Source: a virus (taxonomy: Duplodnaviria; Caudoviricetes). Taken from it: a DNA stretch of 26,494 bases. The DNA lies in the IMG/VR virus record IMGVR_UViG_3300044448_000451, positions 1 to 26,494 of that record. One strand, given 5' to 3'. A program made the translations under genes and the position numbers. Of this stretch, positions 9,351 through 17,722 are shown in pieces. The stretch's first letter is position 1. The number at the start of each line of letters is the position of its first letter. A model generated the notes under the pieces. The model was not told the origin of the DNA and ran no database searches. It saw nothing but the letters and a program-made list of their open reading frames with translations.

Positions 9351-9746
9351 ATGGGAGACGAGTATCATCCTTCAGGAAGATTTGGTGGAGACATGGACAG
9401 GAACGAGGTTGAGATTGACCTTAATAAGTTCATGGCTTTACTACAAGAAAAGTCTGAATTAAAAGATAGGATAAGAGAGTTAGAAGACGAGAAGAATGAT
9501 AACCCTTATCAAAAATTTATTTTTGTAGCAGAAGCTATAGATAGTTGGAGAATCATACCGAGAGCTTTCTTAGGTGTGTATATGTATTTATTATACTACA
9601 CAACTTTTTGGTTTATGGCTTTACCTGAACCATCATTTGAGCAATCAGGTTTAATCTCCATTGTTGTAGGGGCAGGGGCAGCATGGTTTGGATTATATAC
9701 TAATACATCAAAAGGCAAAGGAGATTTTACTAAAGGAGGTAAATAG
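9351..9746 (+). CDS. Two-TM membrane protein with N-terminal coiled coil
   Basis: AAGGA RBS. LLQEKSELKDRIRELE coiled coil. WRIIPR-TM1-WFMALPEP-TM2-WFGLY, a pattern recalled from marine phage membrane proteins. Confidence 0.7.
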   Translation: MGDEYHPSGRFGGDMDRNEVEIDLNKFMALLQEKSELKDRIRELEDEKNDNPYQKFIFVAEAIDSWRIIPRAFLGVYMYLLYYTTFWFMALPEPSFEQSGLISIVVGAGAAWFGLYTNTSKGKGDFTKGGK

Positions 9747-10750
9747 TGAAACGGGCATCACTTATATTAACATTAATTTTAATTACAAATTTTTTACAAG
9801 CAGACCAAACAGGTGACTGTACAGCAGGTGAGCAATACTGTGAACAAAATAGTTTAGATACAACTAATACTACTACTACGACTAATACAAATACTAATAC
9901 AAATACTAATACAAATACTAATACAAACACAAATACTAATACTAATACCAATACTAATACTAATACTAATACCAATACTAATACCAATCTTAATACAAAT
10001 ACAAGCACAAACTCAAATACAAATATTAATACTAATAATACAACATCAGACAATACAAATACTAATGTTAATACTTCAACAAGTACAAATAATTCAACAG
10101 TTAATCAAACTGTAACAAATAATACAACATCAAATAATACAAATAATAATACATCTGTTTCAACAAATACTAATGTTAATCAATCTACTTCAGAATCAAA
10201 CGTCACGACTGATAACACGAATAATAATACCAATAACAATAATACCGTATCTGATAATACTAACAGAAATATTAATGAATCAAATTCTACCCAGACTATA
10301 AATCAAAATGTTAAAACTAAAGCTCCTCCGGCTTCTGCTATTGCTCCTAGTATCATGTCTTACTCTCAAGACTTATGCACCACAGGAGTTTCAGGGGCTT
10401 TTCAGGGGCAGATATTTGGTATCTCAGGTGGGAAGGCAGTACGTGACGAGAACTGTGAGCGTTTAAAACTATCTAAATATTTATATGATACAGGTATGAA
10501 AGTAGCATCTGTATCTATTTTATGTCAAGACTCAAGAGTTTTTACTGCTATGGAAATGGCAGGAACTCCATGCCCTTATCAAGGTAAAATAGGTAAAGAT
10601 GCAGCAAAAGCATGGGATGAAAATAAACACGATAGACCAGATTATACAGAATTAAAAGATAAATATATAGCACATTGTAAGACTACCAGAAATGAAAATG
10701 GTAAAAAGAAATCAGGAAGAACCTGTAAAAAAGAATTTGAAAAAAGTTAA
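9746..10750 (+). CDS. Secreted Thr/Asn-repeat protein with Cys-rich C-terminal domain
   Basis: AGGAGG RBS and GTG start overlapping the previous TAG. Signal peptide MKRASLILTLILITNFLQA|D, N-terminal Cys pair, ~150 aa T/N/S low complexity, C-terminal domain with 6 Cys. Confidence 0.8.
   Translation: MKRASLILTLILITNFLQADQTGDCTAGEQYCEQNSLDTTNTTTTTNTNTNTNTNTNTNTNTNTNTNTNTNTNTNTNTNTNLNTNTSTNSNTNINTNNTTSDNTNTNVNTSTSTNNSTVNQTVTNNTTSNNTNNNTSVSTNTNVNQSTSESNVTTDNTNNNTNNNNTVSDNTNRNINESNSTQTINQNVKTKAPPASAIAPSIMSYSQDLCTTGVSGAFQGQIFGISGGKAVRDENCERLKLSKYLYDTGMKVASVSILCQDSRVFTAMEMAGTPCPYQGKIGKDAAKAWDENKHDRPDYTELKDKYIAHCKTTRNENGKKKSGRTCKKEFEKS
9881..9988 (+). repeat. Coding hexanucleotide tandem repeat (ACHAAY)x18 = (Thr-Asn)18
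   Basis: 18 consecutive units: ACTAAT/ACAAAT/ACCAAT/ACAAAC. Confidence 0.95.
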
Positions 10751-12818
10751 TGCAAGTGTTTGGTGTTTTACTGCTAGTATTATTTTGTCAGCACTTTTTT
10801 CGTTAGGAGTTAATAAACTTCAAGCTGATTATATATACGAAAACAATCAAAACCTTTTTGACTTAACAAATCAAACAGGTACTACAAATTTAAACTCAGG
10901 TGACGACCAATTATCTGCAGCATTTAATTTAGATAACTCATTTACCTTTTATAATAACACATATGATTCAGCACGTATGGCAACAAACGGTTGTTTGCAT
11001 TTTGGTTTAGGAACTGGTAATATAAATTATAACAATTATTGTGGAGATTACACCCCAGACCCTCTTCCTCAATATACAAATACTTTATTTCCATTTTGGA
11101 CAGATTTAATTAGAGATAACCAATCTAAAATGTTAGCCAAAAATTTTACTGATAAAGCAGTATTTGGGTGGTACGACATGAGGGAGTATAACAGAAACTC
11201 TGATAATAGTTTTGAAGTTGTTTTGTGGAACAATAATACATTTGAATTTAGATATGGTGCATTAGATATTATAAATCATGATGTTTTAATTGGTGAGCAG
11301 GGAAGTACCTCACAGTACTACCAGTACCTTTTTCATGATGAATGTAGTACAGGTACAACTAATGTTGTAGGTACATGTGTTAACACTAATTGGAATGGTA
11401 CAGCTAGCAATACACTATTAGAAAATGGTGGTAGTTTATATGGTGTAGGTTCAGGGAATAGTATAGATTGTAGTGAACCACTAAATAATATTAATTGTAA
11501 TGGATATGAAGCAGCTTATTTGACACAACAATGTAATTTAAATGCTTTATACAATATGTCATGCCCCTCTTATTGGGAAGCTTATGACGACCAACAATGT
11601 GATGAAAACCCACAGTACGCTCCGTTTTGTGCAGGATATAGTATTGAAAACTCAATAGCTTATTTTGTTGACGATGAATTTGACTATGGCTATGAAGAAG
11701 ACTATAATAATATAGAACAAGAAGAATATTTTCAAAACGATGAAATATATTTGATTGAAGTTGAACCCCTAGAAGAATGGTATGAAGAAATTTTTGAATG
11801 GGAAGAAGAATCTTATGAAGAATATGTAGAAGTTTGGACTGAACCAGAAGAAATATTTATTAGTCTTGAACCAAGAAATGAATTTGTAGAAATTTTTGAT
11901 GTTGAAGAACTTATAAGTTTATACGAATTTGAAACAATAATTAGAGAGGAAATAGAAAATGATGTTAGACATGATGAAACAGATGAAAGAGAAAGCTTTG
12001 AAACTTTGGAAGAGTTGGAAGAGTGGTTTGAAGAAACGATGGACGAAATTCAAGAAGATGATGAAGTCTTCGAGATTACAGAAAGTCGTGAAGAGCTTCT
12101 TGCCGAAACCGAAGAAAGCATCGAAGAAGAGAGCAACGAAGAAAAAAGCTCAGTAAGAATATCAGCTTTGGCAGTTGTAGCCAATACTATACAGACTGCT
12201 AGAAATAGTGTTTCTAGCTCTATAAGTAGCTCTAGTGTAACGAATAGCTCTACTGTGTCTAATAGTGGAAGTACAGGTGGAATTAGCACCACAAACTCTC
12301 CTAGTATTTCAGACCAAGTAGTTTCAGCAACTGCACAAAATCAACAAGTGCTATCTATGAGTAGTGATAATGGAAATTTTTCTAGTGGTAATGTAACTGT
12401 AACTTTTATGCCTGACGCAACTGGAGCACAAAATGTAGCAATAGTAGATGTTCAGGTTCAAGATATGCAGGGTGAAATAGATACTGCTATATCAGGTGTA
12501 ATGACTGCTAGTGAAGCAGACCAAATTGCAGATACAATTATTGCAAATAATATTAAAGAACAACAAGAACAGGCAGAACAAGAACAAGAAGAAACAGGAC
12601 AGTATGCAGATAGTACAACTCTTGTAGCATATTTAGGATACGTTTCAGGGTTTGATGCTTATAGAGAAACTAAAATACCTCAACAAAACACTTGGTATGA
12701 ACCTAGAACTATCTATACAGATGCTGTATTAACAGATAATACACAAGCTTTTTATGGATTAGCAGGTGCTAATATAGAAACCTTGGGTGATATGATAAAC
12801 ATGCAACCATTATTATAA
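10737..12818 (+). CDS. Secreted protein: NIDO-like domain, Cys repeats, acidic tract, Ser-rich linker, C-terminal domain
   Basis: A TTG start at 10737 gives a canonical signal peptide MKKVNASVWCFTASIILSALFSLGVNKLQA|D (track start 10692 is also possible). GDD..S..FNL..SFTFY..TY......NG.LHF...FPFWTDL is NIDO-like. Three C-x6/7-C-x-[GS]-Y repeats. Confidence 0.7.
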   Translation: MKKVNASVWCFTASIILSALFSLGVNKLQADYIYENNQNLFDLTNQTGTTNLNSGDDQLSAAFNLDNSFTFYNNTYDSARMATNGCLHFGLGTGNINYNNYCGDYTPDPLPQYTNTLFPFWTDLIRDNQSKMLAKNFTDKAVFGWYDMREYNRNSDNSFEVVLWNNNTFEFRYGALDIINHDVLIGEQGSTSQYYQYLFHDECSTGTTNVVGTCVNTNWNGTASNTLLENGGSLYGVGSGNSIDCSEPLNNINCNGYEAAYLTQQCNLNALYNMSCPSYWEAYDDQQCDENPQYAPFCAGYSIENSIAYFVDDEFDYGYEEDYNNIEQEEYFQNDEIYLIEVEPLEEWYEEIFEWEEESYEEYVEVWTEPEEIFISLEPRNEFVEIFDVEELISLYEFETIIREEIENDVRHDETDERESFETLEELEEWFEETMDEIQEDDEVFEITESREELLAETEESIEEESNEEKSSVRISALAVVANTIQTARNSVSSSISSSSVTNSSTVSNSGSTGGISTTNSPSISDQVVSATAQNQQVLSMSSDNGNFSSGNVTVTFMPDATGAQNVAIVDVQVQDMQGEIDTAISGVMTASEADQIADTIIANNIKEQQEQAEQEQEETGQYADSTTLVAYLGYVSGFDAYRETKIPQQNTWYEPRTIYTDAVLTDNTQAFYGLAGANIETLGDMINMQPLL

Positions 12819-12904
12819 TGAAAAAATTAATTATAGATTTTAATATTTTTTTAATTTATTGTATTTGTTGGTTGTGGGTATTTTTAAAAACAATTGGAGA
12901 ATAA
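12818..12904 (+). CDS. Hydrophobic micropeptide (28 aa, not in ORF track)
   Basis: MKKLIIDFNIFLIYCICWLWVFLKTIGE*. ATG overlaps the previous stop and the ORF fills the gap to the next gene. Confidence 0.5.
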   Translation: MKKLIIDFNIFLIYCICWLWVFLKTIGE

Positions 12905-12905
12905 T

Positions 12906-13271
12906 ATGGAATGGTTTGAAAATAAAACAACACAACTAATAGCTTTAGTTAGTATAGTTGCAACCCTAGCAGGGTTTGGATATACTGGTGCTACATATGT
13001 TAATAGATTAGAAAACTTAGAAACTAAAATAGAAAAAACAGAAGAAACAGATGATGGATTAGGGGAGATTGAAAAGCGATTTGAAACTTTAGATACTTCT
13101 ATATCTTATATTAATAAAACTTTAGATGCAGAAAAGACAGGAGTAATTGCTAAACTAGATTCAATTAGTTTATTACAATCGCAATTAGAAGGTTTATCTA
13201 TTGCTGTTAGAGAACTAGAAAAAGACGTAGCCAAACTTGAAGAAGACAGTAGTAATCCTTTAGCTAAGTAA
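12906..13271 (+). CDS. Membrane-anchored coiled-coil protein (i-spanin-like topology)
   Basis: GGAG at 12896-12899 favours ATG 12906. TM LIALVSIVATLAGFGYTGATYV, then heptad coiled coil ending in NPLAK. Confidence 0.7.
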   Translation: MEWFENKTTQLIALVSIVATLAGFGYTGATYVNRLENLETKIEKTEETDDGLGEIEKRFETLDTSISYINKTLDAEKTGVIAKLDSISLLQSQLEGLSIAVRELEKDVAKLEEDSSNPLAK

Positions 13272-13491
13272 TTTTAGTGTTTAACGCATTTACTTCTGCT
13301 TCTAAGTTTTCGTGTATCTTTAATAGTTTTTGTTTTGTTTCTCGTAATATTGTTTCTACAACTTTTAACTCGTAGCCTTTAAAAACTTTTTTGGCATCAT
13401 CAAAAGGAAGACTAGACGTTTCCGTAATTAGTTTTCCTTTTGAGTCAAAAATTACTTTAAAAGAAATAATATTAGCTTCCGATGCTTTCAT
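13264..13491 (-). CDS. Hypothetical protein
   Basis: 75-aa ORF overlapping the nrdB 3' end. Last gene of the - arm. Confidence 0.6.
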   Translation of the reverse strand: MKASEANIISFKVIFDSKGKLITETSSLPFDDAKKVFKGYELKVVETILRETKQKLLKIHENLEAEVNALNTKIT

Positions 13492-14464
13492 TATTTATCT
13501 CCGTGAACACTACTCCGTCTTGTTTACCACGTAATCCTGCTTTCATATAAGAAGTAGCTCTACCTTCAAAGAAGTTTTGGTGTTCCACTCCTCCCATAAC
13601 TTCATCTAACCAACTTAAAGGATTTTCTCGTTGGTCATAATTTGTTTTTAATCCTAGCTGTAGTAATCTTCTATCAGCTATGTATCTATTGTAGGCATAC
13701 ATATCTTTTTTTGTAAGACCTTGTATGTCTCCCATGTCAAACACTAAGTCTAAGAATTTGTCTTCGTGTTCAACCATTTCTCTACAGATTTGATAGATTT
13801 CTTTTTTAAAATCATCTGTCCATATTTCTATATTTTCTTGTATAAACTCTCTAAATAATTTTGTCATAGCTTCTACATGTAAGCTTTCATCTTTAATAGA
13901 GTAAGTTACTATCTGCCCCATGCCTTTCATTTTTCCAAATCTAGGAAAGTTTAACAAGATTGCAAAGCTAGAGAACAACTGCAATCCTTCTGTAAAAGCT
14001 GAGTAAACTGCTAATGTTTTAGCAATACTTCTTTTATCTTTTAAAGTTGGTTTAAACTCTGTAACATATTCGTGTTTCTTAGACATAGCTTCATACTCAG
14101 CAAATGCTTTATATTCTATTTCAGGCATACCTACTGTATCAAGTAGTAAGCTGTAGGCATGTTGATGTATTGATTCCATGTTTGCAAAAGAACCCATCAT
14201 CATTCTAGCTTCTGGTTTTCTAAACATACGCATATACTTATCAATATAACCTGCTCCTACATCTACATCAGACTGAGTAAATAATCTAAATATTTGTGTT
14301 AAAAGATTTTTTTCTACATCCGTTAAGTCTTGCCAATCTTTTACGTCTGTATGTAAAGGCACAGACTCAGGCATCCAATGCATTTGATTTTGTAAAACGT
14401 AGTAATCAAACATCCATGGATGGTCAAAAGGTTTGTAATAGTTTCTTGTAGTAAGTAAACTCAT
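13472..14464 (-). CDS. nrdB: Ribonucleotide reductase class Ia beta subunit
   Basis: Diiron ligands FTQSD, ESIH, TEG, DESLH. Radical Tyr in HQHAY. C-terminal NFFEGRATSY. Confidence 0.95.
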   Translation of the reverse strand: MSLLTTRNYYKPFDHPWMFDYYVLQNQMHWMPESVPLHTDVKDWQDLTDVEKNLLTQIFRLFTQSDVDVGAGYIDKYMRMFRKPEARMMMGSFANMESIHQHAYSLLLDTVGMPEIEYKAFAEYEAMSKKHEYVTEFKPTLKDKRSIAKTLAVYSAFTEGLQLFSSFAILLNFPRFGKMKGMGQIVTYSIKDESLHVEAMTKLFREFIQENIEIWTDDFKKEIYQICREMVEHEDKFLDLVFDMGDIQGLTKKDMYAYNRYIADRRLLQLGLKTNYDQRENPLSWLDEVMGGVEHQNFFEGRATSYMKAGLRGKQDGVVFTEINNESIGS

Positions 14465-14466
14465 TT

Positions 14467-14628
14467 TTATTCTCCGTTAAGGTAACTAGCATATTGTGCT
14501 AGTAACCATTTATTATATTTTTTTTTATATTCTTCTTCTGTATAGGTGGTAGAGTGTGGTGTTTTATTTTCATCACAATGGTCTAACCACATACGTCTAC
14601 AAAACTGACTAAACTTTTTATCTGTCAT
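14467..14628 (-). CDS. Small hypothetical protein (53 aa, not in ORF track)
   Basis: MTDKKFSQFCRRMWLDHCDENK...YLNGE*. AGGAG RBS; fills the gap between neighbours. Confidence 0.7.
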   Translation of the reverse strand: MTDKKFSQFCRRMWLDHCDENKTPHSTTYTEEEYKKKYNKWLLAQYASYLNGE

Positions 14629-14629
14629 T

Positions 14630-14848
14630 TTAAAACTCCTTTAGTAATAAATCAAGTTTTTCTTGAGCGTTAGCTAGTTTTTCTAATAGTAAATCCATAG
14701 ACTCTATAATGTGTGGGTGTTCTGCTACTCCCATACCAAGCATAAAGTAAGTATTTAATTCTGATTTAGCTACAGCTATGTCAGCTTCATATTTTTTTTG
14801 CAGGGCATCAAATCTACCCTCGTACATATTATCAAATTTATCTTCCAT
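14630..14848 (-). CDS. Hypothetical helical protein (GVAEHP motif)
   Basis: ORF between nrdA and nrdB. MEDKF start preferred because it follows AAGGA (track start 14863). Confidence 0.65.
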   Translation of the reverse strand: MEDKFDNMYEGRFDALQKKYEADIAVAKSELNTYFMLGMGVAEHPHIIESMDLLLEKLANAQEKLDLLLKEF

Positions 14849-14852
14849 ATTA

Positions 14853-16745
14853 TTATCCTTCACAGGCTATGCATTCTGTGTCTTCTAAATTAATTCGTGG
14901 TATTTTAATATTTACATTCTCGGCATCTCTTGCCGACTCAGACCTAAAGTAGTATAACGATTTTAGTTTGTGCATGGCATACCAATGTACATCATTTAAA
15001 TACTGTAAGTATTCATCATGAACATCTTGTTTCTCTGTAGCTTTGGGAGATACAAAGAAAAGATTTACACTTTGACTTTGACAAACATATTGTTGTCTCA
15101 TGTGTGCATGTTCTACAATCCAAATTTGATTTAATTCATCTGCAGTTTTAAATATTTCTTTTTCTTGGTCTGTAAAAATATCCATGTTTTGAATAGACCC
15201 TTTGTTTGCAGTAATTTCTTTCCAAATATTTGTTTTGTTTCCTTTCTTTTTAGAAATAACTTTATCTAAGTATTTATTTTTAACTTGGTACGAACCTGAT
15301 AAAGTTTTGTGTGTATATATGTTTGCACGATACGGCTCAATGCTAGGGGAAGTACCACCACATATAATAGAGCTACTGGCATTAGGAGCAATAGCCAAAA
15401 GATTAGCGTTACGCAAACCTGAACCAGAAATATCAGGAGCTTCCCCCCGAGTTTCAGCCAAAAGTTTACTTGCTTCCATTGCTTTACTCTTAATATATCC
15501 GAAAGCTTTATTATTAAATCCCGTTGAGAAAATTCCTTCAAATGGAATATTATTTTTTTGTAAGTACGCATGAAATCCCATTGCTCCCAAGCCGAGCGAC
15601 CTTTCTCTATAAGCTGAAAAACTTGCTTTGGTAAATCCCTCTTTACCTTTTCGTATGTGGTTTTTAAACCTTTTAAAATTTGCATTGTAGTCTCCTAATT
15701 CTGTTGTGTCTATTGCATTATCTATAAAGTGTTGAATAACATTATCCAACATTGTTATTAAATCTTTGATGAAGTCGTCATTACCTGACCATTCGTCAAA
15801 GTATTCTAAGTTTACACTAGACAAACAACAAACAGCAGTTCGTTCTTCGTTTGTTGGTAAAGTAATCTCTGAACATAAATTACTCTGTCTAATTTTTAAA
15901 CCTAAATCTTTTTGTTCTTTGGGTAAAGCATCATTACAAGAGTCAATATTAACCATGTAAGGTTCTCCAGTTTCTGCTCTAGTATTAATAATCTGCCACC
16001 ATAAATCTCTAGCATTAACTGTTTTAACTGCTTCACCTGTTTTAGGGTCTATTAGTCTCCAATCATTATCCTCTTGGACTGCTTGTAAAAACTCATTAGT
16101 TATATTAACTCCATTATGGATATTCAAACATTTTCTATTTATATCTCCACCAGACTCTTTACGTATGTTTATAAACTCTTCTATTTCAGGATGACTTATA
16201 TCCATGTATGAAGCATAGCTACCTCGTCTTGTGACTCCCTGATTAAATGCTAACATTTGGGAGTCAACTACTTTCATGAATGGAACTGAACCAGTAGAAC
16301 GACTATTGTTAGAAGTAGCGATGCCATTACTCCTAATATCTCCCCAATATCCACCAACACCTCCACCTGAACTAGCGAGCCAAATGTTTTCATCATAATG
16401 AGCAGATAACCCATCAAGACTGTCAGGTACGTAATTGAGAAAGCAGCTAATAGGTAAACCCCTAGTAGTTCCCCCATTGCTAAGAATAGGAGTGCTAAAC
16501 ATGAACCATAAATCGGAACTGTAGTTATAAAGTCTTTGAGCCAACTGAAAATCCGTGACCCCTTTGAAGGTCGCTGAAAAGACTGACGCTCTTGCGAATG
16601 CTTCTTGTGCATGTGTTTCTCCTGATGCTTCGTAAAGATACCTATCTCTTAAAGTATCTAAACTGAATTTATTTAATTTACTTTCTTTACTGTAATCTAT
16701 TTTAATACCTAAGTATTCTTTTTGACCAACTTTATCTTCAATCAC
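14853..16745 (-). CDS. nrdA: Ribonucleotide reductase class I alpha subunit, no ATP cone
   Basis: STPILSN, ISCF, SNLCSEI, VCCLSS, IAPNASSS, LYY and C-terminal CIAC. GTG start with AGGAG. Confidence 0.95.
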   Translation of the reverse strand: MIEDKVGQKEYLGIKIDYSKESKLNKFSLDTLRDRYLYEASGETHAQEAFARASVFSATFKGVTDFQLAQRLYNYSSDLWFMFSTPILSNGGTTRGLPISCFLNYVPDSLDGLSAHYDENIWLASSGGGVGGYWGDIRSNGIATSNNSRSTGSVPFMKVVDSQMLAFNQGVTRRGSYASYMDISHPEIEEFINIRKESGGDINRKCLNIHNGVNITNEFLQAVQEDNDWRLIDPKTGEAVKTVNARDLWWQIINTRAETGEPYMVNIDSCNDALPKEQKDLGLKIRQSNLCSEITLPTNEERTAVCCLSSVNLEYFDEWSGNDDFIKDLITMLDNVIQHFIDNAIDTTELGDYNANFKRFKNHIRKGKEGFTKASFSAYRERSLGLGAMGFHAYLQKNNIPFEGIFSTGFNNKAFGYIKSKAMEASKLLAETRGEAPDISGSGLRNANLLAIAPNASSSIICGGTSPSIEPYRANIYTHKTLSGSYQVKNKYLDKVISKKKGNKTNIWKEITANKGSIQNMDIFTDQEKEIFKTADELNQIWIVEHAHMRQQYVCQSQSVNLFFVSPKATEKQDVHDEYLQYLNDVHWYAMHKLKSLYYFRSESARDAENVNIKIPRINLEDTECIACEG

Positions 16746-17040
16746 TTGTATCTCCTAAATGATATTTTTTATCTTCTAATGCTATAGCTATTATAGCATA
16801 GTGTATAATCTTTAACAAATCTAATTCGGGGTCATTACCTTCTTTCTTACCACATCTCATAGCATACTTCATAATGTTACCCATACAGAAACCCTTTCCA
16901 TGTCCTGCATCAATAATCATATCTGTTGCTTGATACTTACCTTGTGCATAATGTCTGTCATATGTACCATCTACATATCTTTGTACTTGTTGTATTATAT
17001 TGTCTTCGTTAAATTTATATTCCATAATTATTCTTTCCAT
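16738..17040 (-). CDS. DUF3310 (T7 gp1.7-like) protein
   Basis: HY...GFCMGNIMKY..R.GKK...DLLKIIHY signature. True start may be 17025. Confidence 0.75.
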   Translation of the reverse strand: MERIIMEYKFNEDNIIQQVQRYVDGTYDRHYAQGKYQATDMIIDAGHGKGFCMGNIMKYAMRCGKKEGNDPELDLLKIIHYAIIAIALEDKKYHLGDTSD

Positions 17041-17462
17041 TCTTTAGGAAGTGTATGTTCAGAGAACCACCTAAAATTATTTTTTTCTGCCCACTCTGCA
17101 TGGCTACGTTTTGTTCCGTCTTTGCGTCTCTTTGCTTGTGGCATTGGAGAGCTAGGACTAGAAAACAAAAAGACTAACTCTTGATTAGGCTTTAAACTTT
17201 TTCTAATCCAAACGTATTTATTGTACTCACTATAATCCCAAAATCTACCTTTGGCTTCTAATAAATATTCTTTACCGTCTATTACTTTTGTGAAGTCAGG
17301 TTCGTAGTTGTGTTCTACTATGTAAGGAATTTTATCTGAATGATGACTCCAATCTTTTAAAAAACTTTGATGTAAAGTATATTCCCATTTAGAGTCATAA
17401 CCTGCAGGTATGTTTTTTTCTACAGGTCTAACCTTCCTTGGTTTTCTATATCCTCGTTTCAC
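17028..17462 (-). CDS. T7 endonuclease I-like Holliday junction resolvase
   Basis: YDSKWE...YEPDF...EAKGRF motifs. Confidence 0.85.
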   Translation of the reverse strand: MKRGYRKPRKVRPVEKNIPAGYDSKWEYTLHQSFLKDWSHHSDKIPYIVEHNYEPDFTKVIDGKEYLLEAKGRFWDYSEYNKYVWIRKSLKPNQELVFLFSSPSSPMPQAKRRKDGTKRSHAEWAEKNNFRWFSEHTLPKEWKE

Positions 17463-17722
17463 ACTATGTCTCTTAGTTCTATATTATTTAAGTTAATCAG
17501 TTTAGATTTTTTCTTAATGTTTTGAATAAACCACCTTTCTGTAAAAGAAGAAAGTCGTAAGTTTCTTTCATGATAAATATATTTTTCTAATGTTGGAAAA
17601 AAATCTTTAAAATTTTCTTTCGTTATTTCTTTAGCATCTTCTTCGGAAACTAAAGTATGTAACCATTGATACATCAGACTGTGTGCTTTCTTTTTAATTA
17701 ACTTAGATTTACGTCTGTTCAT
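17459..17722 (-). CDS. Hypothetical basic protein
   Basis: 87-aa ORF with 4-bp overlaps to both neighbours. Confidence 0.65.
   Translation of the reverse strand: MNRRKSKLIKKKAHSLMYQWLHTLVSEEDAKEITKENFKDFFPTLEKYIYHERNLRLSSFTERWFIQNIKKKSKLINLNNIELRDIV

Noticed and set aside
9881-9988. Tandem repeat considered as CRISPR array or replication origin
   Set aside because: 6-bp units without spacers, varying only at synonymous positions, so it is coding.
9730-10053. Minus-strand 107-aa (VL/VF)n hydrophobic ORF
   Set aside because: Antisense shadow of the TN repeat, with no RBS.
10750-10806. ATG overlapping the TN-gene stop, giving an 18-aa hydrophobic peptide
   Set aside because: Out of frame with the large gene and quickly terminated. 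The in-frame TTG at 10737 gives a full signal peptide, so no frameshift is needed.
11959-12292. Alternate-frame ORFs 11959-12156 (+) and 12050-12292 (-)
   Set aside because: By-products of the GAA-rich and Ser-rich tracts. No lipobox, so not an embedded o-spanin.
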